A stretch of 64,000 nt of DNA from Caulobacteraceae bacterium (GTDB lineage: Bacteria > Pseudomonadota > Alphaproteobacteria > Caulobacterales > Caulobacteraceae), in assembly GCA_027452265.1 (NCBI GenBank), contig DAIDGR010000080.1, forward strand, positions 2,021 through 66,020. The letters run 5' to 3'. The position numbers were made by a program, and so were the translations under genes. Below the pieces are notes generated by a model. It was not told the origin of the DNA and searched no databases. It saw only the letters and a list, made by a program, of their open reading frames with translations. The first letter of the stretch is position 1; every line of letters begins with the position of its first letter. Positions 12,044 to 23,165 of this stretch are shown one piece after another.

Positions 12044-13276
12044 ATGAACGCGATGATTCCGCTCTTTGGCCTTCTGCTGCTCACCGCCGGCGCCTTTGTC
12101 TGGGCGGTGCTGGAGCGGGGCCGGGCGGAGCGGGCGGCCGCCGAGGTTCGGCTTCTGCGCGAGCAGGCCAGCGCCGGCGCCGACGCGCTCAGGGCCCAGG
12201 CGGCCCAGTCGGCCGAGCAGGTGGCGCAACGCCTTGTGCAGAGCGCCAACGACACGTTCGCGCACCAGGAACGGCTGGTTCAGGCGCGGCTGGAGGCCCA
12301 GCTCAAGCCGGTGGCCGAGACCCTTGAGAAGGTTCAGCAGCAGGTCAGCGCGGTCGAGAAGAGCCGGGCGGAGGAGACCGGTGGGCTCAAGGCCCAGATC
12401 GAGGCCCTGATGCGGGCCACGTCCGAGACTCAAACGGAGGCCCGGCGCCTCAGCCAGGCCCTGCGTCGCGGCGCCGGCGTGCAAGGGCGCTGGGGCGAAC
12501 AGATGCTGCGCAACGTCCTGGAGATGGCGGGACTGCGCGCCGGCTATGACTTCGATGAACAGACCAGCCTGGAGACCGCCGAGGGCCGCCTGCGCCCCGA
12601 CGTCACCGTACGCCTGCCGGGCAACGCGGTATTCGTCATCGACGCCAAGTGCTCGCTGAACGCCTATCTCGAGGCGCAGGACCAACCCGACGAGGCGGCG
12701 CGGGAGGAGGCCTATCAGAGGCACGCCCAGAGCGTTCGGGCCCACATGCAGGGCCTCGCGGCCAAGGCCTACTGGTCGCAGTTCGAGCGTGCGCCCGATT
12801 TTGTCGTCATGTTCGTGCCCGGCGATCCGATCCTCGCGGCCGCCGCGGAGCGCCAGCCCGATCTCTTCGTTCAGGCCATGGACCGGCGTGTGGTGCTGGT
12901 GGCGCCGTCTGGCCTCTTCGCCCTGTGCAAGGCGGTCGCCTATGGCTGGCGGGCCGAGGAGCAGGCGGTCAATGCGCGGCAGATCGCCGACCTGGGGCGC
13001 GAGCTTTACAAGCGCCTTTCCACCATGGGCGAGCATGTGTCCCAGCTTGGCCGGGCGCTCGGAAGCGCCGTGACGCGATACAACGCCTTCGTGGGATCGC
13101 TGGAGACCCAGGTCCTGGTCCAGGCGCGGCGCCTGGAGGACCTCAAGGCCGACCACGAATCCAGCCGGATCGAGGAGGTACGGGGCCTGGACACCGCGCC
13201 CCGTCCCCTGACCAAGCTGGCGCCAGGCTCGCCAACGCCTCCGCCTCCAGAGCCTCCCCGCCCCGACCCGCCTTGA
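12044..13276 (+). CDS. rmuC: DNA recombination protein RmuC
   Basis: N-terminal TM helix, coiled coil, GRWGEQML, LRPDVTVRLPG..FVIDAK, PDFVVMFVPGD. Confidence 0.93.
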   Translation: MNAMIPLFGLLLLTAGAFVWAVLERGRAERAAAEVRLLREQASAGADALRAQAAQSAEQVAQRLVQSANDTFAHQERLVQARLEAQLKPVAETLEKVQQQVSAVEKSRAEETGGLKAQIEALMRATSETQTEARRLSQALRRGAGVQGRWGEQMLRNVLEMAGLRAGYDFDEQTSLETAEGRLRPDVTVRLPGNAVFVIDAKCSLNAYLEAQDQPDEAAREEAYQRHAQSVRAHMQGLAAKAYWSQFERAPDFVVMFVPGDPILAAAAERQPDLFVQAMDRRVVLVAPSGLFALCKAVAYGWRAEEQAVNARQIADLGRELYKRLSTMGEHVSQLGRALGSAVTRYNAFVGSLETQVLVQARRLEDLKADHESSRIEEVRGLDTAPRPLTKLAPGSPTPPPPEPPRPDPP

Positions 13277-13307
13277 CGCGGACGAGCGCGGCGCCTAACT
13301 CGCGGTC

Positions 13308-13829
13308 ATGACGATCCGCCCTATCCTGACGGTGGACAGCGATCTGGCGACGCTGAAGCAGAAATCCGCGCCCGTGGAGGCCGTGGATGACGCCCTGCGC
13401 GCGCTCATGGATGACATGCTGGAGACGATGTACGACGCCCCGGGCATCGGGCTCGCGGCGATCCAGATCGGCGTCCCCAAGCGCGTCATCGTCATGGACC
13501 TCTCCCGCGAGGGCGAGCCCAAGGCGCCCCGCTATTTCGTTAATCCTGAGATCGTCTGGCGCTCGGAGGAGACCGCGCCCTACGAGGAGGGCTGCCTTTC
13601 CGTTCCGGACATCTATGACGAGGTGGAGCGTCCCGCGAGGGTCCGTCTGCGCTATCTGGGTTATGACGGCCAGAGCGTGGAGGAGGAGGCCGACGGCCTG
13701 CTTGCGGTCTGTATCCAGCACGAGATGGACCATCTCGAAGGCGTGCTGTTCCTCGACCACCTCTCGCGCCTCAAGCGCGACCGGGCGATCGCCAAGGTCA
13801 AGAAGGCCGCCCGGGCTGAAGCCGCCTGA
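13308..13829 (+). CDS. def: Peptide deformylase
   Basis: [24 protein letters not shown] motifs. Confidence 0.97.
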   Translation: MTIRPILTVDSDLATLKQKSAPVEAVDDALRALMDDMLETMYDAPGIGLAAIQIGVPKRVIVMDLSREGEPKAPRYFVNPEIVWRSEETAPYEEGCLSVPDIYDEVERPARVRLRYLGYDGQSVEEEADGLLAVCIQHEMDHLEGVLFLDHLSRLKRDRAIAKVKKAARAEAA

Positions 13830-13870
13830 GGCGCGCCGGCGCCCGCGTCTCGCCTCTGCGGAGCCTGCCC

Positions 13871-14818
13871 ATGCGACTCGCCTTTCTCGGCACGCCGGAT
13901 TTCTCCGTGCCCACCCTGGCCGCGCTAATGGAGGCCGGACACCAGATCGCTTGTGTCTACGCCCAGCCCGCGGCGCCCCGGGGCCGGGGGCAGGCCGTAC
14001 GCCCGTCTCCGGTGGAGGCCTTCGCCCGCGAACAGGGCCTTGAGGTCCGCACCCCCGCCAGTCTCAAGGCGCCCGAAGACATCTCCGCCTTCGCCGCTCT
14101 CGATCTGGATGCGGCCGTGGTGGCGGCCTTCGGCCAGATCCTGGTGGCCGAGGTCCTGGAGGCCCCGCGCCTGGGTGCGTTCAACCTGCATGCCTCGCTG
14201 CTGCCAAGGTGGCGCGGGGCGGCCCCGATCCAGCGCGCCATCATGGCGGGCGATCCGGTCACCGGGGCCCAGATCATGCGCATGACCGTGGGGTTGGACG
14301 AAGGACCGGTGCTCGGCTCGTGCGAGACCCGGATCGACCGCGCCGATACCGCCGCCACCCTGCACGACCGTCTGGCGCGGCTTGGCGCACAGTTGATGGT
14401 CGAGACCCTGGCGCGCCTGGAGCGCGGCGAGGCCGTGGAAAGGCCGCAGCCAGAGGTTGGCGTCACCTATGCCCGTAAGATCCGGCCGTCCGAGACGCGT
14501 ATCCGCTGGTCGGCTCCGGCGGCGCGGGTTGATGGTCAGATCCGCGGTCTTTCGCCCTTTCCAGGCGCCTGGTTCACCCTTCCCACCCCGCGCGGCCCGG
14601 TGCGGGTCAAGGCGCTGATGAGCACGGTGGAGGCCGCCGACGGCGTGGGCGGTGCGACGGGGGCGGCGCCGGGCGAGGTGCTCGACGATCGGCTGCTCGT
14701 GGCCTGCGGTGAGGGCGCGGTGCGTCTGACGCGGCTGCAACGCGAAGGTCGGGCGGCGCAGGATGCGGAAGCGTTCCTGCGCGGCCTGAGCATTGCCCCG
14801 GGCGTGAGGCTCGACTAG
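13871..14818 (+). CDS. fmt: Methionyl-tRNA formyltransferase
   Basis: [37 protein letters not shown]; follows def. Confidence 0.97.
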   Translation: MRLAFLGTPDFSVPTLAALMEAGHQIACVYAQPAAPRGRGQAVRPSPVEAFAREQGLEVRTPASLKAPEDISAFAALDLDAAVVAAFGQILVAEVLEAPRLGAFNLHASLLPRWRGAAPIQRAIMAGDPVTGAQIMRMTVGLDEGPVLGSCETRIDRADTAATLHDRLARLGAQLMVETLARLERGEAVERPQPEVGVTYARKIRPSETRIRWSAPAARVDGQIRGLSPFPGAWFTLPTPRGPVRVKALMSTVEAADGVGGATGAAPGEVLDDRLLVACGEGAVRLTRLQREGRAAQDAEAFLRGLSIAPGVRLD

Positions 14819-14823
14819 GCGCC

Positions 14824-15594
<771 letters not shown>

Positions 15595-16792
15595 TCCCGG
15601 ATCAGGCGCAGATAGATGGCTGTGAGGCGGGCGATGTCGGCCACCGGGGCCGCTTCGTCGACCTTATGCATGGTCGCGCCCACGAGACCGAACTCGACCA
15701 CAGGGCAGAGATCGCGAATGAAACGGGCGTCCGAGGTCCCGCCGGTGGTGGACAGCTCGGGGCCGGCTCCCGTCTCGGCCGCGATGCTCTGGGCGAGGAG
15801 GCGCACGAAATCCCCAGCCTCGCCGTCCGGATCGGTGAGAAAGGCCTCGCCGCTGATATGAACATCGGCCCGCGCCTCGCCGGCGAACCCCACCGCCGCC
15901 GCCGCGGTCTCCGCCTTGATCCAGTCGGCGAGGTCCGCGCCCCTATGCCCGGGATTGAAGCGAATATTGATCCGCGCCTCGGCCCGGGCCGGGATCACAT
16001 TGGTCGCTGGATTGCCGATATCGATGCTGGTGATCTCAAGGTTCGAGGGCTGAAAGCCAGTAAAGCCATCGTCCAGGCGCCGCGCCATCAGGGCGCTGAG
16101 CAGGCGGACCAGAACCGGCGCGGGGTTGGCGGCGCGGTCGGGATAGGCGACGTGCCCCTGTATCCCGTCCACGGTCAGCCGGGCGTTGAGGCTGCCGCGC
16201 CGGCCAATCTTGAGCATGTCGCCCAGCCGGCTTTGCGAGGTCGGTTCACCCACCACGCAGTGATCGATCCGCTCGCCCTCCGCGGCGAGGGCCGCGACCA
16301 TGGCCCGGGTGCCGTCCACCGCCAGGCCTTCCTCATCTCCCGTGATCAGAAGCGAAAGCGAGCCGGTGACCGCGCCTTCGGCCAGGGCCTGGGCGGCGGC
16401 GGCGGCGAAGGCGGCGATGGCGCTTTTCATGTCCGCCGCGCCGCGCCCGATCAGCAGGCCATCGCGAATCTCTCCGGCGAAGGGCGGCGCGGTCCAGTCG
16501 GACTCCGCCCCGGGTGGGACGACATCGGTATGGCCAGCGAAGCACAGGTGCGGGCCTCCCACGCCCCAGCGGGCGTAGAGATTGTCGATTTCGCCAAAGG
16601 GCATGCGGCGGCAGGCGAAGCCGAGGGGCCCCAGGGCGGCTTGCAGCGTGTCCAGGGCCCCGGCGTCGGCGGGGGTGACGGACGGGCGCCGAACCAGGGC
16701 GGCGGCGAGGGCGACGGGGTCGATCAGAGTGGCCATGACCATGGCCTCCTCTTAGTCTCTGACATCGCCAAACCCCAAGCGCGGAGGCCCTG

Positions 16793-17251
16793 ATGAGCCG
16801 TATCGATCGGACCGTGGCCGAGATCGTCCGGGGGGCTCGCTATCCCGCCCCCTTTGACGCCCCCTGTCGCGACCGGGCCCGCGCGCGCCTCGGCGAGGCC
16901 GGAGGTCTGACCCAGTTCGGCGTCAACGCCCTCACCCTGCCGCCGGGCGCCTGGTCCAGCCAGCGTCACTGGCACAGCCACGAGGACGAATTTGTCCTCG
17001 TCCTTCAGGGCGAGGTCATTTTGGTCGAGGAGGCGGGTGAAACCGTGCTCAAGGCCGGGGACGCCGCCGCCTTTCCTGCCGGCCGCGCGGACGGCCATCA
17101 CCTGATCAACAGGTCCGATTCAGAGGCGGTGGTGCTGGAGGTCGGCGGCCGCGACCCGGTGCGCGACACAGTGACCTATTCCGATATCGACATGAAGGTT
17201 GGCCCCGGGGACGAGCCCTTTCGGCGCAAGAGCGACGCTCGGCCCTATTGA
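16793..17251 (+). CDS. Cupin domain protein
   Basis: GLTQFGVN..TLPPG.WSSQRHWHSHEDEF..VL.GE...L..GD...FPAG...GHHLIN. Confidence 0.88.
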   Translation: MSRIDRTVAEIVRGARYPAPFDAPCRDRARARLGEAGGLTQFGVNALTLPPGAWSSQRHWHSHEDEFVLVLQGEVILVEEAGETVLKAGDAAAFPAGRADGHHLINRSDSEAVVLEVGGRDPVRDTVTYSDIDMKVGPGDEPFRRKSDARPY

Positions 17252-17255
17252 AGGC

Positions 17256-18350
17256 TCAGGACCGGGATTCGAGGATGTCGAGCGCCATCTCCGCCAGATG
17301 GGGCGCTCCATTGACCGCCTCGCGCGGACTGGCGGCCACGCCCTGCAGCACACGGCGGTAGACGCCCTGGGAGATGGAGGCCAGACGGAACACGCCGAAG
17401 GCGATGTAGAACGGCCAGTCCTCGATCCCTGTGCGGCCGGTTCGGGCGCAATAGGCGGCGACATAGTCCGCCTCGGTCGGAATCCCGCTGGCGGCGAAAT
17501 CGACGCCCTGCAGCGAGCCCCAGCTCGGGCTATCCGATCGCCAGAGAAAGGCGTTGTAGCCGAGGTCGGCCAAAGGGTGCCCCAGGGTCGAAAGCTCCCA
17601 GTCGAGCACGGCGATCAGCCGGGGCTCTTGGGCGTCGAACATCACGTTCTCAAGCCGGTAGTCGCCATGGGCGATGGTGGTCTCATCTTCGGCTGGAATG
17701 CGCCCGGGCAGGGCGGCGATCAGGCGCTCCATGGCCGGAATCGACTCGGTCTCGGCGCCTCGGTACTGCGCCGTCCAGCGGGCGATCTGGCGGGTAAAAT
17801 ATCCGCCACGGCGACCGTAATCGCCGAGGCCGACGGCATCGATATCGACCTGATGCAGCTTGGCCAGGGTGGCGTTGAGCGCGTCATAGACCGCCGCGCG
17901 CTCATTCGGCTCAAGATCCGGGAGGGTCGCATCGCGAAACACCCGGCCCTCGAGGAACTCCATGACATAAAAGGCCGTGCCGATGATCTCGGAGTCCTCG
18001 CACAGGAGACGCATGCGCGGCACGGGAATCCCGGCCTGGCCGAGCGCCGACATGACCTTGAACTCGCGCTCGATCTGATGGGCGCTGGGCAGAAGCACCC
18101 CGGGGGGCTTCTTGCGCAGGACGAAACGCGCCGCCTCGCCGCCTTCGCCATAGCTCAACAGGAAGGTCGGGTTCGAGGCGCCGCCGGCGAATTGACGCAC
18201 CCGAAGCTCGCCTCTGGCCTCGTCCAGGCGCGGGGCGAGAAAGGCGGCGAGCCTCGCCTCGTCGAAACGGTGTCGTAGAGCCACCTCACCGAGATTGGCG
18301 GGCTCCCCCTTTGGCTCAGGCGCGGGGTCCCCGGGCGAGCCCAGACTCAT
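17256..18350 (-). CDS. Phosphotransferase family protein (APH/ChoK; similar to the ACAD10/11 kinase domain); start reassigned to ATG at 18350
   Basis: QFAGGASNPTF, VLRKKPPG.LLPSAHQIEREF, FYVMEFLEGR, HGDYRLENVMF, VLDWELSTLG.PLADL. Confidence 0.88.
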   Translation of the reverse strand: MSLGSPGDPAPEPKGEPANLGEVALRHRFDEARLAAFLAPRLDEARGELRVRQFAGGASNPTFLLSYGEGGEAARFVLRKKPPGVLLPSAHQIEREFKVMSALGQAGIPVPRMRLLCEDSEIIGTAFYVMEFLEGRVFRDATLPDLEPNERAAVYDALNATLAKLHQVDIDAVGLGDYGRRGGYFTRQIARWTAQYRGAETESIPAMERLIAALPGRIPAEDETTIAHGDYRLENVMFDAQEPRLIAVLDWELSTLGHPLADLGYNAFLWRSDSPSWGSLQGVDFAASGIPTEADYVAAYCARTGRTGIEDWPFYIAFGVFRLASISQGVYRRVLQGVAASPREAVNGAPHLAEMALDILESRS

Positions 18351-18913
18351 CGCGGCGCCCGCTTGACCAGAATGCGCTGCAGGGTGCGGCGGTGCATGGA
18401 GAGGCGCCGGGCGGTCTCGGAGACATTGTGATCGCACAGCTCATAGACCCGCTGGATGTGCTCCCAGCGCACCCGGTCGGCGCTCATCGGATTTGCCGGA
18501 GGCTCGGGCGGCTCGGCCCCGCCGGCCGCCGCCATCAGCGCTTTGACCACATCGTCCGTATCGGCCGGCTTGGCCAGATAGTCGATCGCCCCGGCCTTCA
18601 CCGCCGCCACGGCCGTGGTGATGTTGCCATAGCCGGTGAGCATGACGATCCGCGCCTCCGGCCTGGCGGCGCGCAGGGCCTCGACCACGGTGAGGCCCGA
18701 TCCATCCTCAAGGCGCAGGTCGAGGACGGCATAGGCCGGCGGCGATGGCGCCAGCGCCGCAAGCGCCTCGGCGACGCTTCCCGCCAGTCGGACCTCGAAG
18801 CCTCGCGCCTCCAGAGCCCGGCCAAGTCGGGCGCGCAGGGTGGGGTCGTCATCAAGCACGAGGAGGCTCTTGTCGCCCGCCTCGGGCCCCTTGGTCGCGG
18901 CGTCCTTGATCAT
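18347..18913 (-). CDS. regA: Redox response regulator RegA/PrrA/ActR
   Basis: Receiver domain (LVLDDD, VLDLRLEDGSG, LTGYGNI.TAV.AVK.GA.DYLAKP) plus the conserved C-terminus MSADRVRWEHIQRVYELCDHNVSETARRL.MHRRTLQRIL.KRAPR. Confidence 0.95.
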   Translation of the reverse strand: MIKDAATKGPEAGDKSLLVLDDDPTLRARLGRALEARGFEVRLAGSVAEALAALAPSPPAYAVLDLRLEDGSGLTVVEALRAARPEARIVMLTGYGNITTAVAAVKAGAIDYLAKPADTDDVVKALMAAAGGAEPPEPPANPMSADRVRWEHIQRVYELCDHNVSETARRLSMHRRTLQRILVKRAPR

Positions 18914-18980
18914 GCCCTGGCGCCTCTCCGAGCGAGATCTTCGCGCGGACTATGCCGCCGCCCCCCGGGGCCGTGCAAGG

Positions 18981-20348
18981 TCAGCGCGCCTCGATCCGCG
19001 CCCGAGGCCACCGCGCCGTGACCACCGCGCCAAACCGTGCGCCATTGCGGAAATCCACCTCCGCGCCCGTGCGCTCGAGCAGGGTTTTGGAGATGAAGAA
19101 GCCCAGCCCCATGCCGACATGGCCGGTGCGGGAACCCTCGGCGCCGGGGCGGCTGGTGAGATAGGGCTCCCCCAGGCGGGCCAGCACGCTTGGCGCGAAG
19201 CCGGGGCCGTCGTCTATCACCTCCACCGAGACGAAGTCGGCGTCGAACCGCCCCGTGACCAGGATTTCGCTGCGGGCGAAGTCGTAGGCGTTCTCCACCA
19301 GGGCGGCGAGGGCGTGCAGCACTTCCTGGCGGCGCCAGAGATCGGGCGCCGGAACGTTTGGCGGACCGGTCACGACGCCCTCCACCCGCACCTCGACCGC
19401 GCTGAGATACGGGGCCACCACCTCCCGCACGAGGTCCAGAAGGGACAGGCGCTCCACCAGAACGTCGGTCTGATCGGGGCGCTCGGCCAGGCGCTTGAGA
19501 ATGTCGCGGCACCTCTGGGCCTGCTCCACCAGGATCTGGGCGTCCTCGCGGATCGGACCGTCCTTGGCCTCGAGGGCCATTTCGCGGGCCACCACCGAAA
19601 TGGTCGCCAGAGGTGTGCCCAGTTCGTGGGCGGCGGCGGCGGCCAGGGCGCCCAGGGCCGATAGCCGCTGCTCCCGGGCGAGCACCGACTCGGTGACCCG
19701 CAGCGCCACTTCGAAGCGGGCGTGCTGGCCGCTGACCATGGAGGCGATTCCGGTGATGAAGCCCCCGACCAGCCAAAGCGCGACAACGAAGCTGACGCGA
19801 AAAACCAGACGGTTGGCGTGGGGGCCTGGAGCCGGCCAGGGAGGCGGCGCGGGATCGAGCACCAAAATCAGGAGGCACACGGTGGCCAGCAGGAACAGCG
19901 CCAGGGTCTGGCGGCCGCTCATCGCGCCGCCGGCCAGGGTCAGGGGAACGAGGATCAGGATGGCGAAGGGGTTGCTCGCCCCCCCGGTAAGGTAGAGGAG
20001 GGCGGTCAGCTGCAGGATGTCGAACATCAGGCAGGCGAAGCTGATCGTCGCCGCCGAAGGGCCATCCCGCCGCCGCGCCGCCACCAGACCGGCCTCCACC
20101 AGGAGGGAGAGGCAGATCAGAGTGACGCAGCTTGCCGTGGGGATCGCCCAATGCAGGCCCAAGCGCACGACGAGGGTGGCGACCGCTTCGATCAGGATGA
20201 TGACCGCGCGAATGGCCGCCAGGGAGGTCAGATCGACCCGCCGGTTCACCGCGATCGGCGGTTGCATCCCGTCAGGTCGAGGCGTATCGGCGGCCTGCGA
20301 CGGGGGCGGGCCGGGCGTATCGAGCGCGGGCGAAGCGGTGGTCGCCAT
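18981..20348 (-). CDS. regB: Redox sensor histidine kinase RegB/PrrB/ActS; start reassigned to ATG at 20348
   Basis: Quinone-binding motif TGGASNPF, H-box AAAAAHELGTPL, redox cysteine in QRCRDIL, DDGPGF, GMGLGFFI. Confidence 0.93.
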   Translation of the reverse strand: MATTASPALDTPGPPPSQAADTPRPDGMQPPIAVNRRVDLTSLAAIRAVIILIEAVATLVVRLGLHWAIPTASCVTLICLSLLVEAGLVAARRRDGPSAATISFACLMFDILQLTALLYLTGGASNPFAILILVPLTLAGGAMSGRQTLALFLLATVCLLILVLDPAPPPWPAPGPHANRLVFRVSFVVALWLVGGFITGIASMVSGQHARFEVALRVTESVLAREQRLSALGALAAAAAHELGTPLATISVVAREMALEAKDGPIREDAQILVEQAQRCRDILKRLAERPDQTDVLVERLSLLDLVREVVAPYLSAVEVRVEGVVTGPPNVPAPDLWRRQEVLHALAALVENAYDFARSEILVTGRFDADFVSVEVIDDGPGFAPSVLARLGEPYLTSRPGAEGSRTGHVGMGLGFFISKTLLERTGAEVDFRNGARFGAVVTARWPRARIEAR

Positions 20349-20454
20349 CGCCCTAGCATGGCTGTGAAGCGGGCGGCGCGCGAGCCCCCATCTTGGGTCC
20401 AGACCTTTATTGGGCGAGGACTGTGCGGCGGGGCGGAGGTTGCAAGACAAACCG

Positions 20455-21069
20455 ATGAAACGCGGCGTTCTTTGGATTGGACTTCTGGCGGCGCTCATCC
20501 TTGCGGTCGGCGTGGGCGTGGCCCTTCGGCCCCATGCCACCTCGCCGACGACAACGACAACCGCCTCCGGTCCGCCCGCGATAGGGGGGCCGTTCACCCT
20601 CGTGTCCGACACCGGCGCAAGGGTCGATCAGAATATCCTGAAGGGCAAGTGGTCGGCGGTCTTCTTCGGCTACACCTACTGTCCGGACGTCTGTCCCACG
20701 ACCCTCACGGCCCTGGGCGGCGCCACCCAGGCGCTCGATCCCGATGACGCCAAGGCCTTCCAGGTGGTGTTCATCACCGTCGATCCGGCGCGCGACACGC
20801 CGGCCCAGCTCAAGCGCTATCTGTCAGCCGATAGTTTTCCCAAGCACGCGGTGGGACTGACCGGAACGCCCGGCCAGATCGCCGCCGTCGCCAAGGCCTA
20901 TCGTGTCTTCTACCAGAAGGTTCCGCAGGGCGATTCCTATGTGATGGACCATACCGCCATCGTCTATCTGATGAACCCGCAGGGCCAGTTCGTCACCCCG
21001 CTGGACATGACCAAGTCGCCGCCGGAGATCGCCCACCAGATCGAGGGGGCCATGGGAGGCCAGGCCTGA
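20455..21069 (+). CDS. SCO1/SenC/PrrC family copper chaperone; start reassigned to ATG at 20455
   Basis: N-terminal TM helix; IGGPFTL, FGYTYCPDVCPTTL (CxxxC), TVDPARDT, MDHT..VYLM; divergent from regB. Confidence 0.93.
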   Translation: MKRGVLWIGLLAALILAVGVGVALRPHATSPTTTTTASGPPAIGGPFTLVSDTGARVDQNILKGKWSAVFFGYTYCPDVCPTTLTALGGATQALDPDDAKAFQVVFITVDPARDTPAQLKRYLSADSFPKHAVGLTGTPGQIAAVAKAYRVFYQKVPQGDSYVMDHTAIVYLMNPQGQFVTPLDMTKSPPEIAHQIEGAMGGQA

Positions 21070-21140
21070 GACGGGGGCTAGCGCGCTGGACTTGCCAGGC
21101 GACCTCCGGCAAGAGGTGACGACGAGGTTCTGGATACCGA

Positions 21141-22391
21141 ATGCTCTATGCGCTTCATGAGGCGGCTTACGGGCTCGCCGCGCCGATCCGCCTGACGGCT
21201 CAGGCCGCGAGGGCGTTCTGGCGATCCCCGCTCAACCTGGCCGGCGAGACCGACCTTGGCCGGACCCTGTTCGCCTCGGCCGACGTGGTCGCCAATATGA
21301 CGCGCCGCTACGGAAAGCCGGCCTGGCGGATCGATGAGGTGGAGATCGAGGGCCGTTCCGTTCGCGTCACCTGCGACACGCCCTGGAGCACCCCCTGGGT
21401 CAAGCTGCGCCGGTTCTCGCGCAATCCGGAGGATATCGAGGCTCTGGGCCGGAGCGTCGACACCCCGCCCTTGCTGATCGTGGCGCCCTTGTCGGGCCAC
21501 TACGCCACCCTGCTGCGGGGCACGGTGCGGGCCTTCCTGGCTGACTTCGACGTCTACATCACCGACTGGGCCAATGCCCGGGATGTCCCCATCACCGAGG
21601 GGCGCTTTGGCCTCGACGACTATGGAGAGGCGATCCGCGTCATCCTGACCCACATCGACCGCCGCGCCCACGTGGTCGCGGTCTGCCAGCCGGGCCCGCC
21701 GGTTCTGGCTCAGACCGCCCTGATGGCTGAGGATCGCGACCCTGCGCGTCCGGCCAGCCTGACCCTGATGGGATCGCCGATCGATGCGCGCCTGGCGCCC
21801 ACGGCCGTCAATTCCCTGGCGGAGGCCCGTCCCTTCGCCTGGTTCGAATCGCGGATGATCGACACCGTGCCCTGGCCATGGCTGGGGGCCATGCGCCGGG
21901 TCTATCCGGGATTCGTGCAACTCTACAGCTTCATGTCGATGAACGCGGACGCGCACCAGGCGGCCCATCGTCGGTATTTCGATCTTCTCGTCTCAGGCGA
22001 TGGCGAGCCCGCCGAGCGCCACCGGGAGTTCTATGACGAGTATCTCAGCGTCCTGGACCTCACCGAGGAATTCTACCTCGAGACGATCGACCAGGTGTTT
22101 CAGCGTCACCTTCTGGCCAAGGGCGAGTTCGACCATCGGGGCCGACGGGTCGATCTGAAGGCCATCACTGATATCCATCTGATGACCGTCGAGGGTGAAA
22201 AGGACGATATCAGCGGCGTCGGCCAGACCCAGGCCGCGCACGGTCTCTGCGTCAACATTCCCGCGGACCTGCGCGAGCTGTATGTGCAGCCTGAGGTCGG
22301 GCACTATGGCGTGTTCAACGGCCGCCGTTTCGTCACTGAGATCTATCCGCGCATCCGTGAGATGATCGCCCGGGCCGAGGCCCGCCTTTAG
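21141..22391 (+). CDS. phaZ: Intracellular polyhydroxyalkanoate depolymerase
   Basis: LIVAPLSGHYATLLRGTV, VYITDW.NARDVP, VAVCQP, MGSPIDAR, EFYDEY.SV.DL..EFYL.TI, EGEKDDISG.GQT, GHYGVFNG. Confidence 0.92.
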   Translation: MLYALHEAAYGLAAPIRLTAQAARAFWRSPLNLAGETDLGRTLFASADVVANMTRRYGKPAWRIDEVEIEGRSVRVTCDTPWSTPWVKLRRFSRNPEDIEALGRSVDTPPLLIVAPLSGHYATLLRGTVRAFLADFDVYITDWANARDVPITEGRFGLDDYGEAIRVILTHIDRRAHVVAVCQPGPPVLAQTALMAEDRDPARPASLTLMGSPIDARLAPTAVNSLAEARPFAWFESRMIDTVPWPWLGAMRRVYPGFVQLYSFMSMNADAHQAAHRRYFDLLVSGDGEPAERHREFYDEYLSVLDLTEEFYLETIDQVFQRHLLAKGEFDHRGRRVDLKAITDIHLMTVEGEKDDISGVGQTQAAHGLCVNIPADLRELYVQPEVGHYGVFNGRRFVTEIYPRIREMIARAEARL

Positions 22392-22411
22392 CGCGGCCCT
22401 GCAAGGCCCCC

Positions 22412-23158
22412 ATGCCCCTGTTTGGGCCCCGCCATCGCGACGGCGACCTGATCGCCCTTGAGGGTCTGGATCTGCGTCTTCGGGTCAATCCCCGGGCGCG
22501 GCGGATCAGCCTGCGCCTGGACCCCGCGACGGGCGAGGCCCTGGCCATCGCCCCATCCGCCGCACGGCTTGGCGACGCCGTGCGCTTCGCCCGTGAGCGC
22601 GGCGACTGGCTGGCGGCCCAGCTCGCGCGAAGGCCAAGACCGCAGCCCCTCTCGCCGGGCGCGACCCTCGCTGTCCTTGGCGAGACCTGGCGACTGGTCC
22701 CCGATGGCCGTCGCCCTCATTTGGCGGGGCCCGCGCCAGATGGCGTGCGGACGCTCCGCGGGTGCGGCGCCGAGGCCGTCGATCCCGGGTTGGTGCGGCG
22801 GGTGGTGAAGCGCGAGGCTCTGGACGTGTTCGTCGCGCGGGCGGAACGACACTGCCGCTCCCTGGGCCTGACGGAGGCGCCGCCCCTCTCGCTGATCGAC
22901 GCGCGGACCCGCTGGGGGTCTTGCACCCCCGCCCAGGCCGGGCGGGAGGCGCGCATTCGTCTCTCCTGGCGACTCGCCCTCGCTCCCCTGGCGGTAGCCG
23001 ACTATGTGGTCGCCCACGAGTGCGCCCATCTGCGCGAGGCCAACCACGGTCCGGCGTTCTGGCGCCTGGTGCGGGATCTTGTGGGGGATGAGCGTCCCTC
23101 CCGGGCCTGGCTGCGCGAGCATGGCCTCGCCCTCAAGGCGCAACTGCCCCTGACCTGA
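22412..23158 (+). CDS. M48/YgjP (DUF45) zinc metalloprotease-like protein
   Basis: RARRISLR, RWGSC, IRLSWRL..AP..V.DYVVAHECAHL.EANHGPAFW (HExxH). Confidence 0.88.
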   Translation: MPLFGPRHRDGDLIALEGLDLRLRVNPRARRISLRLDPATGEALAIAPSAARLGDAVRFARERGDWLAAQLARRPRPQPLSPGATLAVLGETWRLVPDGRRPHLAGPAPDGVRTLRGCGAEAVDPGLVRRVVKREALDVFVARAERHCRSLGLTEAPPLSLIDARTRWGSCTPAQAGREARIRLSWRLALAPLAVADYVVAHECAHLREANHGPAFWRLVRDLVGDERPSRAWLREHGLALKAQLPLT

Positions 23159-23165
23159 TACGGCC

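Noticed and set aside
20349-20454. Possible RegA-binding site between regB and the SCO gene; also looked for before the cytochrome c gene
   Set aside because: GCGGC half-sites are ubiquitous at this GC content and no matching GTCGC half-site at the right spacing was seen.
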